Virus record (IMG/VR): IMGVR_UViG_3300025875_000032
Span: 1 to 54,860 of that record
Length of the DNA: 54,860 bases
DNA from: a virus
Lineage: Duplodnaviria; Caudoviricetes
Direction: 5' to 3' (one strand)
In this document: positions 26,591-35,631 of the stretch, in pieces
Numbering within the stretch: position 1 is the first letter of the stretch
Layout of the letters: every line of letters begins with the position of its first letter
Notes under the pieces: generated by a model
The model's database searches: none
What the model saw: only the letters and a program-made list of their open reading frames with translations
What the model was told of the DNA's origin: nothing
Program-made: the position numbers and the translations under genes

Positions 26591-27256
26591 GTGGCAACCC
26601 GTACGAAGGCCGGAAGCGTGTTCGCGCTCGGAGCGCGGTTCGTCCGCCTCCAGCGCAACGGAGCGCCCCTCGTGGGCGCCGACAACGCGTACGTGACGGA
26701 CAACCTCGTGAAGCTCGATTTCACGATGCTGTACCGGGAGGGGCAGGAGGTCGAGCGGATCAACGGAGCCGGCCGGGCGTGCATGTACTACAAGGCTCCC
26801 GACACGGTCCGTGGTCTGACCGTGGACGCCCTGGAGCTGTGCTACCCGGACCCGGAGCTGGAGGAGTTCCTCCAGGCCGGCGACGTGCTCGTCGACGACG
26901 ACGGCGACGCGGTCGGGTACGCCGCCCCCGCCGTCGGAACGGACGTGTCCGGGTTCGGCGTCGGGATCGAGTTGTGGTCCTCCGCCGTCCTCGACGAGGG
27001 CGTCGACGACGAGTTCCCGTACGTGAAGTGGCTCCTCCCCCGCGAGAAGCTCCGCGAGACGGGTACCCGCTCGATCGGCTCCGACCCGGTCGCCGTGTCG
27101 TACGAGGGCACCGGGCAGCAGAACCCGAACTACGGGTCCGGTCCGTTCGGCGACTGGACGTACGAGTCGTCGCGCGTGTTCCAGTGGTACCGGGTGCCGA
27201 CGATGCCCGACCTCTCCGTGAACGGGCTCGTCCCCGTCGCGGCGCCGACGCCGTAA
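26591..27256 (+). CDS. major tail (tube) protein
   Basis: G.E....NG.G..C, L.LC.PDP, G.GIELWS, NPNYG.GP.GDW motifs; position. Confidence 0.75.
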   Translation: MATRTKAGSVFALGARFVRLQRNGAPLVGADNAYVTDNLVKLDFTMLYREGQEVERINGAGRACMYYKAPDTVRGLTVDALELCYPDPELEEFLQAGDVLVDDDGDAVGYAAPAVGTDVSGFGVGIELWSSAVLDEGVDDEFPYVKWLLPREKLRETGTRSIGSDPVAVSYEGTGQQNPNYGSGPFGDWTYESSRVFQWYRVPTMPDLSVNGLVPVAAPTP

Positions 27257-27259
27257 CCG

Positions 27260-27955
27260 GTGGCCCTCGGAGCATGGGCGACCGTCGACGACCTGCCGGC
27301 GACTCGCCCCGCCCTCCCCGGGGGCGACGAGGAGTGGACCCGCTACCTCCTCGCCGCCTCCGAGGTCCTGTACGCGCTCACGGGCCGGCGGTTCGGCGGG
27401 CTCCGGGAGCGCGCCGTCGAGCTGTACGCGCCCCCCTCCTCCGGGGGCGACCCGTGCTGCCGGCGTCCCTCCGTCCGCCTCCCGAACCGGCCCGTCGTCG
27501 AGCTGCTCGCCGTCCGCACACGCGGAGGTGACGTGCTCGACCGCACGGCGTACCGGATCGCCCGGGGCGGGTACCTGGAGTCCGCACCCGGCCGCGCTGC
27601 CCGCCTGCCGAACACGGTCGAGCCGCTCCGGCTCCGCTACCGGTTCGGCCGGGACCCGGGCGACGCCGGCCGCGTCCACGCCGCGCACCTCGCCGACGCG
27701 CTCGGGCGGGCTCGCCTCGACCCGGACTCGTCGCCGCTGCCGGGCACCGTGACGCAGATCGTCCGGCAGGGCGTGACGTTCACGCAGCAGGCCGCCTCGA
27801 CCCTGATCGAGGCAGGGCAGACCGGGCTCGCGCCCGTCGACCTGTGGGTCGCCTCCGCGAACCCGTCACGGAACCGCCGGCCCTCGCGCTCGTGGTCCCC
27901 TGACACGGACGCCCCGTACTACCCGCTCCCGATCGAGGAGGTACCGGTCCCGTGA
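27260..27955 (+). CDS. head-to-tail adaptor
   Basis: ASEVLYALTGRRFG, LP..VT.I.RQGVT, TGL..VDLW....NP. Confidence 0.75.
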   Translation: MALGAWATVDDLPATRPALPGGDEEWTRYLLAASEVLYALTGRRFGGLRERAVELYAPPSSGGDPCCRRPSVRLPNRPVVELLAVRTRGGDVLDRTAYRIARGGYLESAPGRAARLPNTVEPLRLRYRFGRDPGDAGRVHAAHLADALGRARLDPDSSPLPGTVTQIVRQGVTFTQQAASTLIEAGQTGLAPVDLWVASANPSRNRRPSRSWSPDTDAPYYPLPIEEVPVP

Positions 27956-28611
27956 CCGATCCGTACGCACCGTTCCCGGCCGCACCCGTCCGCCCGGCAG
28001 TGTTCCCCCGTGAGCGCCTGTCCCGGGCCGGGCTCGACGACGACGCGGTCGCCCGCCTCGACGCCGAGTACGAGTCCCTCGACCCGGCCGGCCGGCAGGA
28101 GTTCTCCCGGTTCGTGACCTCCCACTCCGACGACGCGATCCGCGAGCGGTTCTCCGCCGGCTCCGTCGAGGACACGGGTCGGCAGGCCGCGCTCCCGACG
28201 TACGACGACCTGAACTCCGAGACGATCGACGAACTCGACGAACGCCTCCGCGAGTGGAACGAGTCGCACCCGGAGCAGCACCTCACGATCGCCGGCCGGA
28301 AGGGCGAGAAGATCGGCCGACTCCTCGACGCGTACGAGGGCGAGCGCGAGCAGCTCGGCGCCGTACAGACCTCGGACGGCGTCGAGCACGTCGGCATCGT
28401 GCCCGCGAGCGCGGCCGTCCCCGTCGCCGAGCAGCAGCTCCCGACCGCCCCGACCGCCACGACGACCGCCGGCGCCCCCGAGGCCGCCCCTGCTGCCCCC
28501 GTGGCCCCCGCCGGGACGGTCGAGACGGGCGCCGCCTCCACGGGAGCGCAGGCGCCCGCACAGACCGCCGACGCCGCACCCGGCGCCGGTCCCGCAACGA
28601 CCGAGGAGTGA
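27952..28611 (+). CDS. hypothetical protein (helical domain plus Ala/Pro tail)
   Basis: GAGGAGG RBS; coding-like. Confidence 0.65.
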   Translation: MTDPYAPFPAAPVRPAVFPRERLSRAGLDDDAVARLDAEYESLDPAGRQEFSRFVTSHSDDAIRERFSAGSVEDTGRQAALPTYDDLNSETIDELDERLREWNESHPEQHLTIAGRKGEKIGRLLDAYEGEREQLGAVQTSDGVEHVGIVPASAAVPVAEQQLPTAPTATTTAGAPEAAPAAPVAPAGTVETGAASTGAQAPAQTADAAPGAGPATTEE

Positions 28612-28613
28612 CC

Positions 28614-28799
28614 ATGCCCGCCGAGCCGAGCCGAACCGAGCTGTCCAGCAACTCCGCCGACTACCTCACCGGACCAACCTCCGGCGACCGGGGCACGGAG
28701 GGCGGGACCACGAAGGACGGCGCCGTCGCCCTGTTCCCCCGGCAGTCGTCCGTCCGGCCCGTCGAGGGCGCCGAGCAGCAGTCCAGCTCGGACGCCTGA
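28614..28799 (+). CDS. small hypothetical protein
   Basis: GAGGAG RBS plus ATG. Confidence 0.55.
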   Translation: MPAEPSRTELSSNSADYLTGPTSGDRGTEGGTTKDGAVALFPRQSSVRPVEGAEQQSSSDA

Positions 28800-28801
28800 T
28801 C

Positions 28802-29374
28802 GTGGCGCTCCCGCGCGAGGGCGGTCCGCCGACGCCGGCCGCCGTCGCGCGGGCGCTCCTCGACCGGGTCGTCGCGTACTACGCCGAGCACGCCGACCCG
28901 GAGGACCTCGGCGCCCCCGTGCCGCTGCCCGAGCGGCGGTTCGTCGCCGGCGGGGAGCCCCGCGTCGTCGCGTGGGACGTGGACCTCGGGCAGGTCCACG
29001 TCGCGTACGAGCGGACGATCCGCGCCCTCGACCCGACGGTCCCCGCCCCCGCCGTCCGGGCGCCCCGCACGAACCCGGCGAACCGAGGGAACCTCGTCCG
29101 CTCCGTCGTCCTGGAGGTCCAGGTCGTTCGCCCCGCCCCCGGGCTCGGGCAGCTCCGGACCCTCCCGACGCAGGACGAACTCGACCGGCACGGGCACGCC
29201 CTCGGGCTCGACCTCGCGCACCTCGTCCGCGCCGTCTCCGAGGCAGCGACCGGCGGGCACCTCACCCGCGAGAACGTCGCCGAGGCGCGCGTCGACCTCG
29301 GCGACGCCGTCACCCTCGGACCCTCCGGGAAGGTCGCCGGCGTGGGGCTCGCCGTGACCGTCCCCCTCATGTGA
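28802..29374 (+). CDS. tail completion/terminator-like protein
   Basis: Position; VAWD, V.R..P, GP.G...G motifs. Confidence 0.55.
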   Translation: MALPREGGPPTPAAVARALLDRVVAYYAEHADPEDLGAPVPLPERRFVAGGEPRVVAWDVDLGQVHVAYERTIRALDPTVPAPAVRAPRTNPANRGNLVRSVVLEVQVVRPAPGLGQLRTLPTQDELDRHGHALGLDLAHLVRAVSEAATGGHLTRENVAEARVDLGDAVTLGPSGKVAGVGLAVTVPLM

Positions 29375-29387
29375 GCAGGAGGCGACC

Positions 29388-29729
29388 GTGTCCCGAGGCG
29401 GAGGAATCGGCGTCCGCGTGTCCCCGGACTCGTACGGCGTGATCGACCCGGACGTGCTCGCGAAGTACGTCCGGCAGGGCGGGGGACCCGTGATCGCCGA
29501 CCTCACCCGCCGCGCGGGGAACGTCCAGGCCGGCGCCCGCCGGCAGGTCGGGAAAAAGACTCGGCGCCTGGAGCGGAGCATCGTCAAGCGCCCCGGCGTC
29601 GACGCCCGGGGACCGTACGTCGACGTAGTGACCGAGGGCGTGCGCTACGCCGGGTATCACCACAACGGGACGGCGACCTGGAGAGGTAACCCGTTCCTGA
29701 CCGATAACCTCCCGCTCGCCCGCCGCTGA
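29388..29729 (+). CDS. HK97 gp10-like neck/tail protein
   Basis: T.RL.RSI, YA.YHH.GT, NPFL.D.L motifs. Confidence 0.7.
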   Translation: MSRGGGIGVRVSPDSYGVIDPDVLAKYVRQGGGPVIADLTRRAGNVQAGARRQVGKKTRRLERSIVKRPGVDARGPYVDVVTEGVRYAGYHHNGTATWRGNPFLTDNLPLARR

Positions 29730-29734
29730 ACGCA

Positions 29735-29770
29735 CGAGGAGCCCGCCCCCCGGAGGGAACGGGCTCCTCG
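29735..29770. terminator. hairpin between convergent genes
   Basis: CGAGGAGCCCG / CGGGCTCCTCG inverted repeat. Confidence 0.7.
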
Positions 29771-29835
29771 CACCGTCGGGCACCGTACGCGCGGCGCCCG
29801 GCCGGCAGGAGCGGGCGCGGGCGACCTCGCGGACC

Positions 29836-30120
29836 CTAGCTCGGGCCGGGGCACCCGCGCACCCGGCAGCCCCGGAACCGCTCGTGAGGGCAGCGGGGGG
29901 CGTACACGCGCCACGCTGCCGACCCGACCCGCACCGTCGGCCGCTCCCGCGTCGGTACCGCCTCCGGGTCCCACGCGTCGCCGGCCGGCTCGTCCTCGAC
30001 CTCGGCGAGGTCGGGCATCGCGACCGGGACCGGGATCGGGGGCGTGTGCTGCCGCCGCTCGTCGTACACGACGAACCGCGACCCGTCCCGCACGTACAGG
30101 ACCTCCTCGACCGCGCTCAC
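29836..30120 (-). CDS. hypothetical protein
   Basis: GTGA-coupled; VSAVEEVLYVRDGSRFVVYD...CPH....C....C. Confidence 0.55.
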   Translation of the reverse strand: MSAVEEVLYVRDGSRFVVYDERRQHTPPIPVPVAMPDLAEVEDEPAGDAWDPEAVPTRERPTVRVGSAAWRVYAPRCPHERFRGCRVRGCPGPS

Positions 30121-30215
30121 GACCGACGCCCCCGGCAGCGGAGGTGCATCCCGTACAGGGTCCGCTCGCCGTCCCCGAGGGGCAGCGGGCAGCGCGGGCA
30201 CGCCGGCGCCGTCAC
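30117..30215 (-). CDS. 32-aa CxxC...HxxC peptide
   Basis: MTAPACPRCPLPLGDGERTLYGMHLRCRGRRS; GTGA overlaps at both ends. Confidence 0.5.
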   Translation of the reverse strand: MTAPACPRCPLPLGDGERTLYGMHLRCRGRRS

Positions 30216-30931
30216 GCCGTCACCTCGGCGGGGAAGTGAGCGCGCACCGTGCCGCGCTTGCCCTCGGCGCGGACGACGACGCCGTGACGGATCGCCCGAT
30301 TGAGCGCCCCGGACGCGGCGCCCTCACTCCAGCCTGCGACCGACGCGAGGTCGCCGAGCGTGAGCCCGCCCGCCGGCCGCCCCTCCAGGAGCCCGGCAGC
30401 AGCGCGCCGGACGTACTCCGCTGCCTGCTCCCATCGGGCGCCCTCGGGCGCCTCCAGGGCGACGACGGGCGCCTGCCGGCCCGTCCTCGACGAGCGGGAC
30501 CGGCCGTCCGCGCCCTCGACCCGCTCCGGCGCCGGGTCGAGGGTCCGGAGCGCCTCGTTCACCGCGTACGAGGAGACGCCGAGCCGCTCGCGGATCGCCC
30601 GCGTCGCCGCGCCCTGCTCGCGGAGACTCCAGACGAGCGCGTTCCGCTCGGCGACCGCCTCGGGCGAGCCCGTGAGGCGGAGCGCCTGGAGGTCCCCGAG
30701 CCACGCCTCGACCGCCTCGTGCCACGTCGAGTACCCGGCCGTGAGGTGAGCACCGGCCGCCCGGAGGCGGGCGAGGCGCTGGAGCGGCCGGAGCAGCTCG
30801 GCGCGGATCGCCGCGACCTCGACCTCGATTTCGGCGAGGGACAGGGGCGCGACGTACTCCTCGATCGGTATCGCGCGGGCGTAGGCGCCGCGCACGACGG
30901 CGAGGTCGACGACCTCGGCGAGGGCGCTCAC
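30212..30931 (-). CDS. DNA-binding protein with two HTH domains
   Basis: GYSTW, LREQGAATRAIRERLGVS..AV, RVEGADGR, LT..DLA...GWS.GAAS..L. Confidence 0.75.
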   Translation of the reverse strand: MSALAEVVDLAVVRGAYARAIPIEEYVAPLSLAEIEVEVAAIRAELLRPLQRLARLRAAGAHLTAGYSTWHEAVEAWLGDLQALRLTGSPEAVAERNALVWSLREQGAATRAIRERLGVSSYAVNEALRTLDPAPERVEGADGRSRSSRTGRQAPVVALEAPEGARWEQAAEYVRRAAAGLLEGRPAGGLTLGDLASVAGWSEGAASGALNRAIRHGVVVRAEGKRGTVRAHFPAEVTA

Positions 30932-31218
30932 GCGGACCACGCCGTACGGAGGTCGCGGTTCACGGCAGCGGCAGCGGCAGCGGCGGACCCGTGCTCGGCG
31001 ATCAGCTCGCGGGCCGGGACGCCGGACAGGAGGTCGATCAGGGTCCCGTCGTCCTCGCCGAGGACCTCGTCGGTCGAGGTGATCGAGGCGAACACGGCGA
31101 GGCGGGGGACGTACACGGCCGGCCCGGAGACGACGCCGGCGAGGTCGAGGACGACGGTCCCGAACAGGCGGGTCGCGGCGGACCGGAGGTCGGCAGCGGT
31201 AACGCGGGGGGCGCTCAT
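30928..31218 (-). CDS. hypothetical protein
   Basis: ATG start, coding-like, coupled to the HTH gene. Confidence 0.65.
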   Translation of the reverse strand: MSAPRVTAADLRSAATRLFGTVVLDLAGVVSGPAVYVPRLAVFASITSTDEVLGEDDGTLIDLLSGVPARELIAEHGSAAAAAAAVNRDLRTAWSA

Positions 31219-31374
31219 GCTCTACCCATCGGCAGGGGGGCGGGGAACCTTTACCCGGGGGACACTATCCCCCCCCGATAGGGTCGGGTCGACTGCTCGG
31301 ACCCGAGCGGTCGGCCGTGTCCCTCGACCGGGGGACGCGCCGCAACTCACCGGGGGGCAACTAACCTCCCCCGT

Positions 31375-32061
31375 GTGACCGACAACGACTCCGCCCCGCC
31401 CGTCGAGGGGACGCCCGGCGTCCGCGTGTTCGGGCAGCGCGCGACGCCCCTCTCCGAACGCCGGTTCCGACGGTTCGGGATCGAGGTCGAGACGGACTCC
31501 GACCGGTGGGTCGAGGAGTTCGACGCCTATTTCGACCCGGACGCCGGCGCCCTCCTCGGCGTGATGAACGCCCGGACGGACCTCCAGCAGGCGAACGCGA
31601 CCGCCGTCCTCCTCCGGACGAGCCTCCGCGACGACGACGGCGTCCCGGCGGACTGGCACATTCCCGGCGAGCCCGTCCACGACGACGAGGGCGACGAGGT
31701 CCTGTACGTCGTGGGCGAGGACGGCGAGCCGGTCGAGTGGCAGCCCGAGGACGGCGACGACGGCGACGAGGTCCCCGACGGCGTCGAGGTCCGGTACGAG
31801 TGGCACGACGGGTCCCTGCTCACCGCGACGGAGCTACGGGAGGCGATCGCGGAGTTCGACGTGTTCGACGACGGGTCGTCTCGCCGGCGGTTTGAGTGGG
31901 TGATGAACTCCCCCCGTCACCGCGTCAAGCTCTCCGCCCTGACCGACCTCGCCGAGTGGATCACCGGGGAGGTAGCGAAACGCCCTACACGGAGGCCCAC
32001 GTCCTCGGCGCGTGGGCAGCAGCGAACCGGCCGTACGTCGAGGGGAAGCTCGCGCCGCTGA
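31375..32061 (+). CDS. tail assembly chaperone (G-like)
   Basis: Upstream of tape measure; ends L..LAEWI......RPT..P.SS. Confidence 0.7.
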   Translation: MTDNDSAPPVEGTPGVRVFGQRATPLSERRFRRFGIEVETDSDRWVEEFDAYFDPDAGALLGVMNARTDLQQANATAVLLRTSLRDDDGVPADWHIPGEPVHDDEGDEVLYVVGEDGEPVEWQPEDGDDGDEVPDGVEVRYEWHDGSLLTATELREAIAEFDVFDDGSSRRRFEWVMNSPRHRVKLSALTDLAEWITGEVAKRPTRRPTSSARGQQRTGRTSRGSSRR

Positions 32062-32342
32062 CCCTCGCCGCCGGTGCCCGGTCGTTCCTGGAGCTGCCCG
32101 CAACTCTGGCCCTGGACCTGCTGTACTGCCTCCTGCTGGAGGAGGACGAGGACACGGTCGAGAGGCGGACGCACCTCGACGAGCAGCTCGCGTCGTTCCG
32201 GATGCCGATCGGCGCCGTCACGGTCGACCGGGCAGCGGATCGAGCGGCGCGCGCCGCGACGTGGGGGAAGCTCCCCGCGCATCAACGGGCGATGCGTCAA
32301 GCGCAGGAGGCCGGCGGACCGCCGTCGAGGGCAGGGGGATAG
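31983..32342 (+). CDS. tail assembly chaperone -1 frameshift extension (GT-like)
   Basis: Overlapping -1 frame PYTEAHVLGAWA... with no obvious RBS/start. Confidence 0.6.
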   Translation, partial: PYTEAHVLGAWAAANRPYVEGKLAPLTLAAGARSFLELPATLALDLLYCLLLEEDEDTVERRTHLDEQLASFRMPIGAVTVDRAADRAARAATWGKLPAHQRAMRQAQEAGGPPSRAGG

Positions 32343-32345
32343 CGC

Positions 32346-34697
32346 GTGGCAGTCGTCATCGGCGAGGCGTCCGTCCGGATCAGGGCGGACGCGGACAAGT
32401 CCGAGATACAGCGCGAGGTCGAGCCGAAGATCGAGCAGGCGCTAGAGGCTGCCGGCGAGTCGGGCGCGGACGCGTTCTCCGCGAAAATGGCCGCCGGGAT
32501 CGCCGGCGCCGGGCTCGCGATCGCCGGCGGGTTCTCCGCGTCCCTGGAGCAGGCCGCCCTAGGCGACAAGCTCGCCGCGCAGCTCGGCGCGTCCGGCGAC
32601 TATGCCGAGGACCTCGGCTCGATCGCCGGCGGGCTCTACGCGAACGCGTACGGCGAGTCCCTCGGCGACGTGAACGACGCCCTCCGGTCCGTCATTCAGT
32701 CCGGCGCCGTGATGGAAGATGCGTCGAACGAGCAGCTCTCCTCCGTAACCGCGTCCGTGATGGACCTCGCCTCGGCGATGGATCAGGACGTGGGCGGGAC
32801 CTCGCGAGCGGTCGGCCGCATGATCCAGACCGGTCTAGCAGCGAACGCCGAGGAGGCGCTCGACGTACTGACCCGAGGGTTCCAGCAGGGGGCGGACCGG
32901 GGCGGGGACCTGCTCGACGTGGTCGGCGAGTACGGGACCACGTTCTCGGAGCTAGGGCTCACCGGCGGGCAGGCGATGGGCGTCCTAAATCAGGCGCTCG
33001 CGGCAGGCATCCCGAACGCCGATTTCGCAGCGGACGCGCTCCGGGAAATGGGCATCATCGGCCGCGAGGGCGGGGAGGACGCGGCAGCCGCGATCGACTC
33101 CCTCGGGCTCTCCTCGGCGGACTATTTCGCAGCGATGCAGGCCGGCGGACCGCAGGCGTCGGCCGCCCTGGACGGCGTCCTCGACGCCCTCCGGAACACG
33201 GAGGACCCGGCGCTCCGGGCGTCGGCCGCGACCGCGCTCGTCGGGACGCAGTACGAGGACCTCGGCGACGCGATCCTGTCCCTCGACCCGTCCGAGGCGG
33301 AGTCGTCCCTCGGGACGATCGAGGGCGCCGCCGGCCGGCTCGGGACCACGCTCAACGACAACGCCTCGACGAACCTCACGACCTTTATGCGGACCGCTCA
33401 ACAGGCGTTCGTCGACGTGATCGGCGGGCAGGTCGTCCCGATCATCGAGTCCGTGGTCGTGTGGCTCCGGGACAACCTCGGACCCGCCCTCGACACCGTC
33501 GGCGGGTTCATCACGACGAACATCGTCCCTCCGTTGCAGTCCCTCGCGACGTGGCTCGGACAGAACGACGGGCTCGTGTCCGCGTTCGCGTACACGGTCG
33601 GGACGATCCTCGTCGCCGCGCTCGCCGTGTGGGGAACCCGCTCCGTGATCGAGACGGCGAAGTCCGTCGTCGGATGGTTCGCGACCGCGACCGCCTCCTC
33701 GACGAGCGCAGCGACGCAGCAGCGGTCCGCCCTCCAGGTCGTCGCCGGGTGGGTCCTTATGGGCGTACAGGCGCTCCTCCAGGGGATCAAGATCGCCGCC
33801 GTGTGGGCGGTACAGATCGCCGCCGCTGCTGTGACCGGCGCCGCGTCGTTCGTCGTCCAGGTCGCCCGCGTCGTCGCCGGGTGGGTCCTCATGGGCGCGC
33901 AGTCCCTCCTCGCCGCCGCGCGGATCGCCGCCGCGTGGCTAATCGCGATGGGACCGGTCGGGATCGTGATCGCGATCGTCGTCGGGCTCGTCGCCCTGAT
34001 CATCGCGAACTGGGACAAGATCAAGACGTTCACGACTAAGGCGTTCCAGGCGGTCGTCGACGCCGTGACCGGGGCGTTCCGCTCCGCGCGGGACGCCGTC
34101 TCCTCCGGGATCGAGACGGTCGTCGGATTCTTCACCGGGCTACCGAGCAAGATCGTTCGGGCGCTGTCCGGGCTCGGCTCCCTGCTCGTCGGCGCCGGAG
34201 GCGACCTGATCCGAGGGTTCGTCAACGGGATCAGCAGCGCGGCCGGGTTCGTGGGTGACATCGCCGGCTCGATCGTCCGGTCCGTCAAATCGTTCCTGAA
34301 CACGCAGGTAATCGGCCGCCTGAACTCCCTCCTGGAGTTCTCCGTCATGGGCGTGACCGTCAACCCGCCCGACATACCGACCCTCCACTCCGGAGGCGTG
34401 TTCGACTCCGGGACCGGCGAGGGGCTCGCGCTGCTCCGCGACGACGAACTCGTCGCGACGCCCGAGCAGCGGGGCGTCGCCGACGACCTCCTCCGAGGGC
34501 TCCTCGCCGGCCGCCTGCCCGCCGCCGGCGCCGCACCCGCCGGCGTCCCGGCCGCCGGAGCGTCCGTGACAAACCACATCTACGCGTCCGAGGGAATGTC
34601 GACCCGCGAACTCGGGGCGATCGTCTCCCGTGACACCGTGTGGTCCCTCGGGACCGGGGCGACCCGGTCCGTCCCGATCGCCGGAGGTGCCGCGTGA
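32346..34697 (+). CDS. tape measure protein
   Basis: IGEASVRIRAD N-terminus; Ala/Gly-rich helical; ADALRE, TQYEDLG, NWD.IK motifs. Confidence 0.9.
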   Translation: MAVVIGEASVRIRADADKSEIQREVEPKIEQALEAAGESGADAFSAKMAAGIAGAGLAIAGGFSASLEQAALGDKLAAQLGASGDYAEDLGSIAGGLYANAYGESLGDVNDALRSVIQSGAVMEDASNEQLSSVTASVMDLASAMDQDVGGTSRAVGRMIQTGLAANAEEALDVLTRGFQQGADRGGDLLDVVGEYGTTFSELGLTGGQAMGVLNQALAAGIPNADFAADALREMGIIGREGGEDAAAAIDSLGLSSADYFAAMQAGGPQASAALDGVLDALRNTEDPALRASAATALVGTQYEDLGDAILSLDPSEAESSLGTIEGAAGRLGTTLNDNASTNLTTFMRTAQQAFVDVIGGQVVPIIESVVVWLRDNLGPALDTVGGFITTNIVPPLQSLATWLGQNDGLVSAFAYTVGTILVAALAVWGTRSVIETAKSVVGWFATATASSTSAATQQRSALQVVAGWVLMGVQALLQGIKIAAVWAVQIAAAAVTGAASFVVQVARVVAGWVLMGAQSLLAAARIAAAWLIAMGPVGIVIAIVVGLVALIIANWDKIKTFTTKAFQAVVDAVTGAFRSARDAVSSGIETVVGFFTGLPSKIVRALSGLGSLLVGAGGDLIRGFVNGISSAAGFVGDIAGSIVRSVKSFLNTQVIGRLNSLLEFSVMGVTVNPPDIPTLHSGGVFDSGTGEGLALLRDDELVATPEQRGVADDLLRGLLAGRLPAAGAAPAGVPAAGASVTNHIYASEGMSTRELGAIVSRDTVWSLGTGATRSVPIAGGAA

Positions 34698-35623
34698 CGA
34701 CTGCGCAGCTCGCCGACCTCGCGTACCTCACGCACGCCGGCGAGTGGACCTACCGGTTCGGGTCCCTCGCCGCCCCGCTGCTCGTCCTCAACGACGAGGA
34801 CGCCTCCGGGTCCCTGTGGGCGTGCGAGGAGCCCGACGGATGGAACGGGACCTCGGCGGAGACGCCGATCGAGGACCGGGCGTACGGCGACGGCGGGTAC
34901 GCCGGGGAGACGACGTTCGCGCCGCTCGTGCTCACCTGGACCGGGACGACGGTCTGCCCCGACCGGGCGACGATGCGCGCCGCGATCCGCCGACTCCGCG
35001 CCGTCGCGCAGACCCGCGTCCCAATCCTCTACACGCAGACCGACGACCCGGTCGACCTGTCCGTGTGGCTCCGCGCCACGGGGCAGCCGAAGATCGCCCC
35101 GTTCGACGGGCTCGGGTTTGAGTGGTCGTTCACGATGCTTGCCCCGGACCCGTTCCGGTTCGACGCCGCGCAGGCCGCCCGCGAGCTGTCGACCGGGCTC
35201 CCCTCGCGCACGCCCGGCCGCATCTACCCGCGCCGGCATAACTACGTCTACGGCGGAGGGGACGCCGGGGCGGGCGTGATCATCTTTCGGAACGCCGGCG
35301 ACGAGTGGGCGCAGGCGAGGTACCGCCTACGCGGACCGGTGATCGAGCCGGTCCTCGTCAATCAGACGACCGGGGAGGCCGCCGGGTGGACCCTCACCCT
35401 CGGCGCCGACGACGTGCTGATCCTCGACACCGCGACCGAACTCGTCACCCTCAACGGGACGCCCTACTACGGCGACCGGATACCCGGGTTCGTGTTCCCC
35501 CGCATGGCTCCGGCCGACCCTGCCGTCCCCGGCTCCGGACGGAACGTCGTCCGCTGGTCCGGTTCCGGCGTTCCCAACCCTGCCGCGCGGCTGTACCTGT
35601 CCGCCGCCTCGACCTGGAGGTAA
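34694..35623 (+). CDS. distal tail protein (Dit-like)
   Basis: Follows TMP; GW, APDP.RF, N.G......GPV..P motifs. Confidence 0.75.
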   Translation: MTTAQLADLAYLTHAGEWTYRFGSLAAPLLVLNDEDASGSLWACEEPDGWNGTSAETPIEDRAYGDGGYAGETTFAPLVLTWTGTTVCPDRATMRAAIRRLRAVAQTRVPILYTQTDDPVDLSVWLRATGQPKIAPFDGLGFEWSFTMLAPDPFRFDAAQAARELSTGLPSRTPGRIYPRRHNYVYGGGDAGAGVIIFRNAGDEWAQARYRLRGPVIEPVLVNQTTGEAAGWTLTLGADDVLILDTATELVTLNGTPYYGDRIPGFVFPRMAPADPAVPGSGRNVVRWSGSGVPNPAARLYLSAASTWR

Positions 35624-35631
35624 CTGACCTC

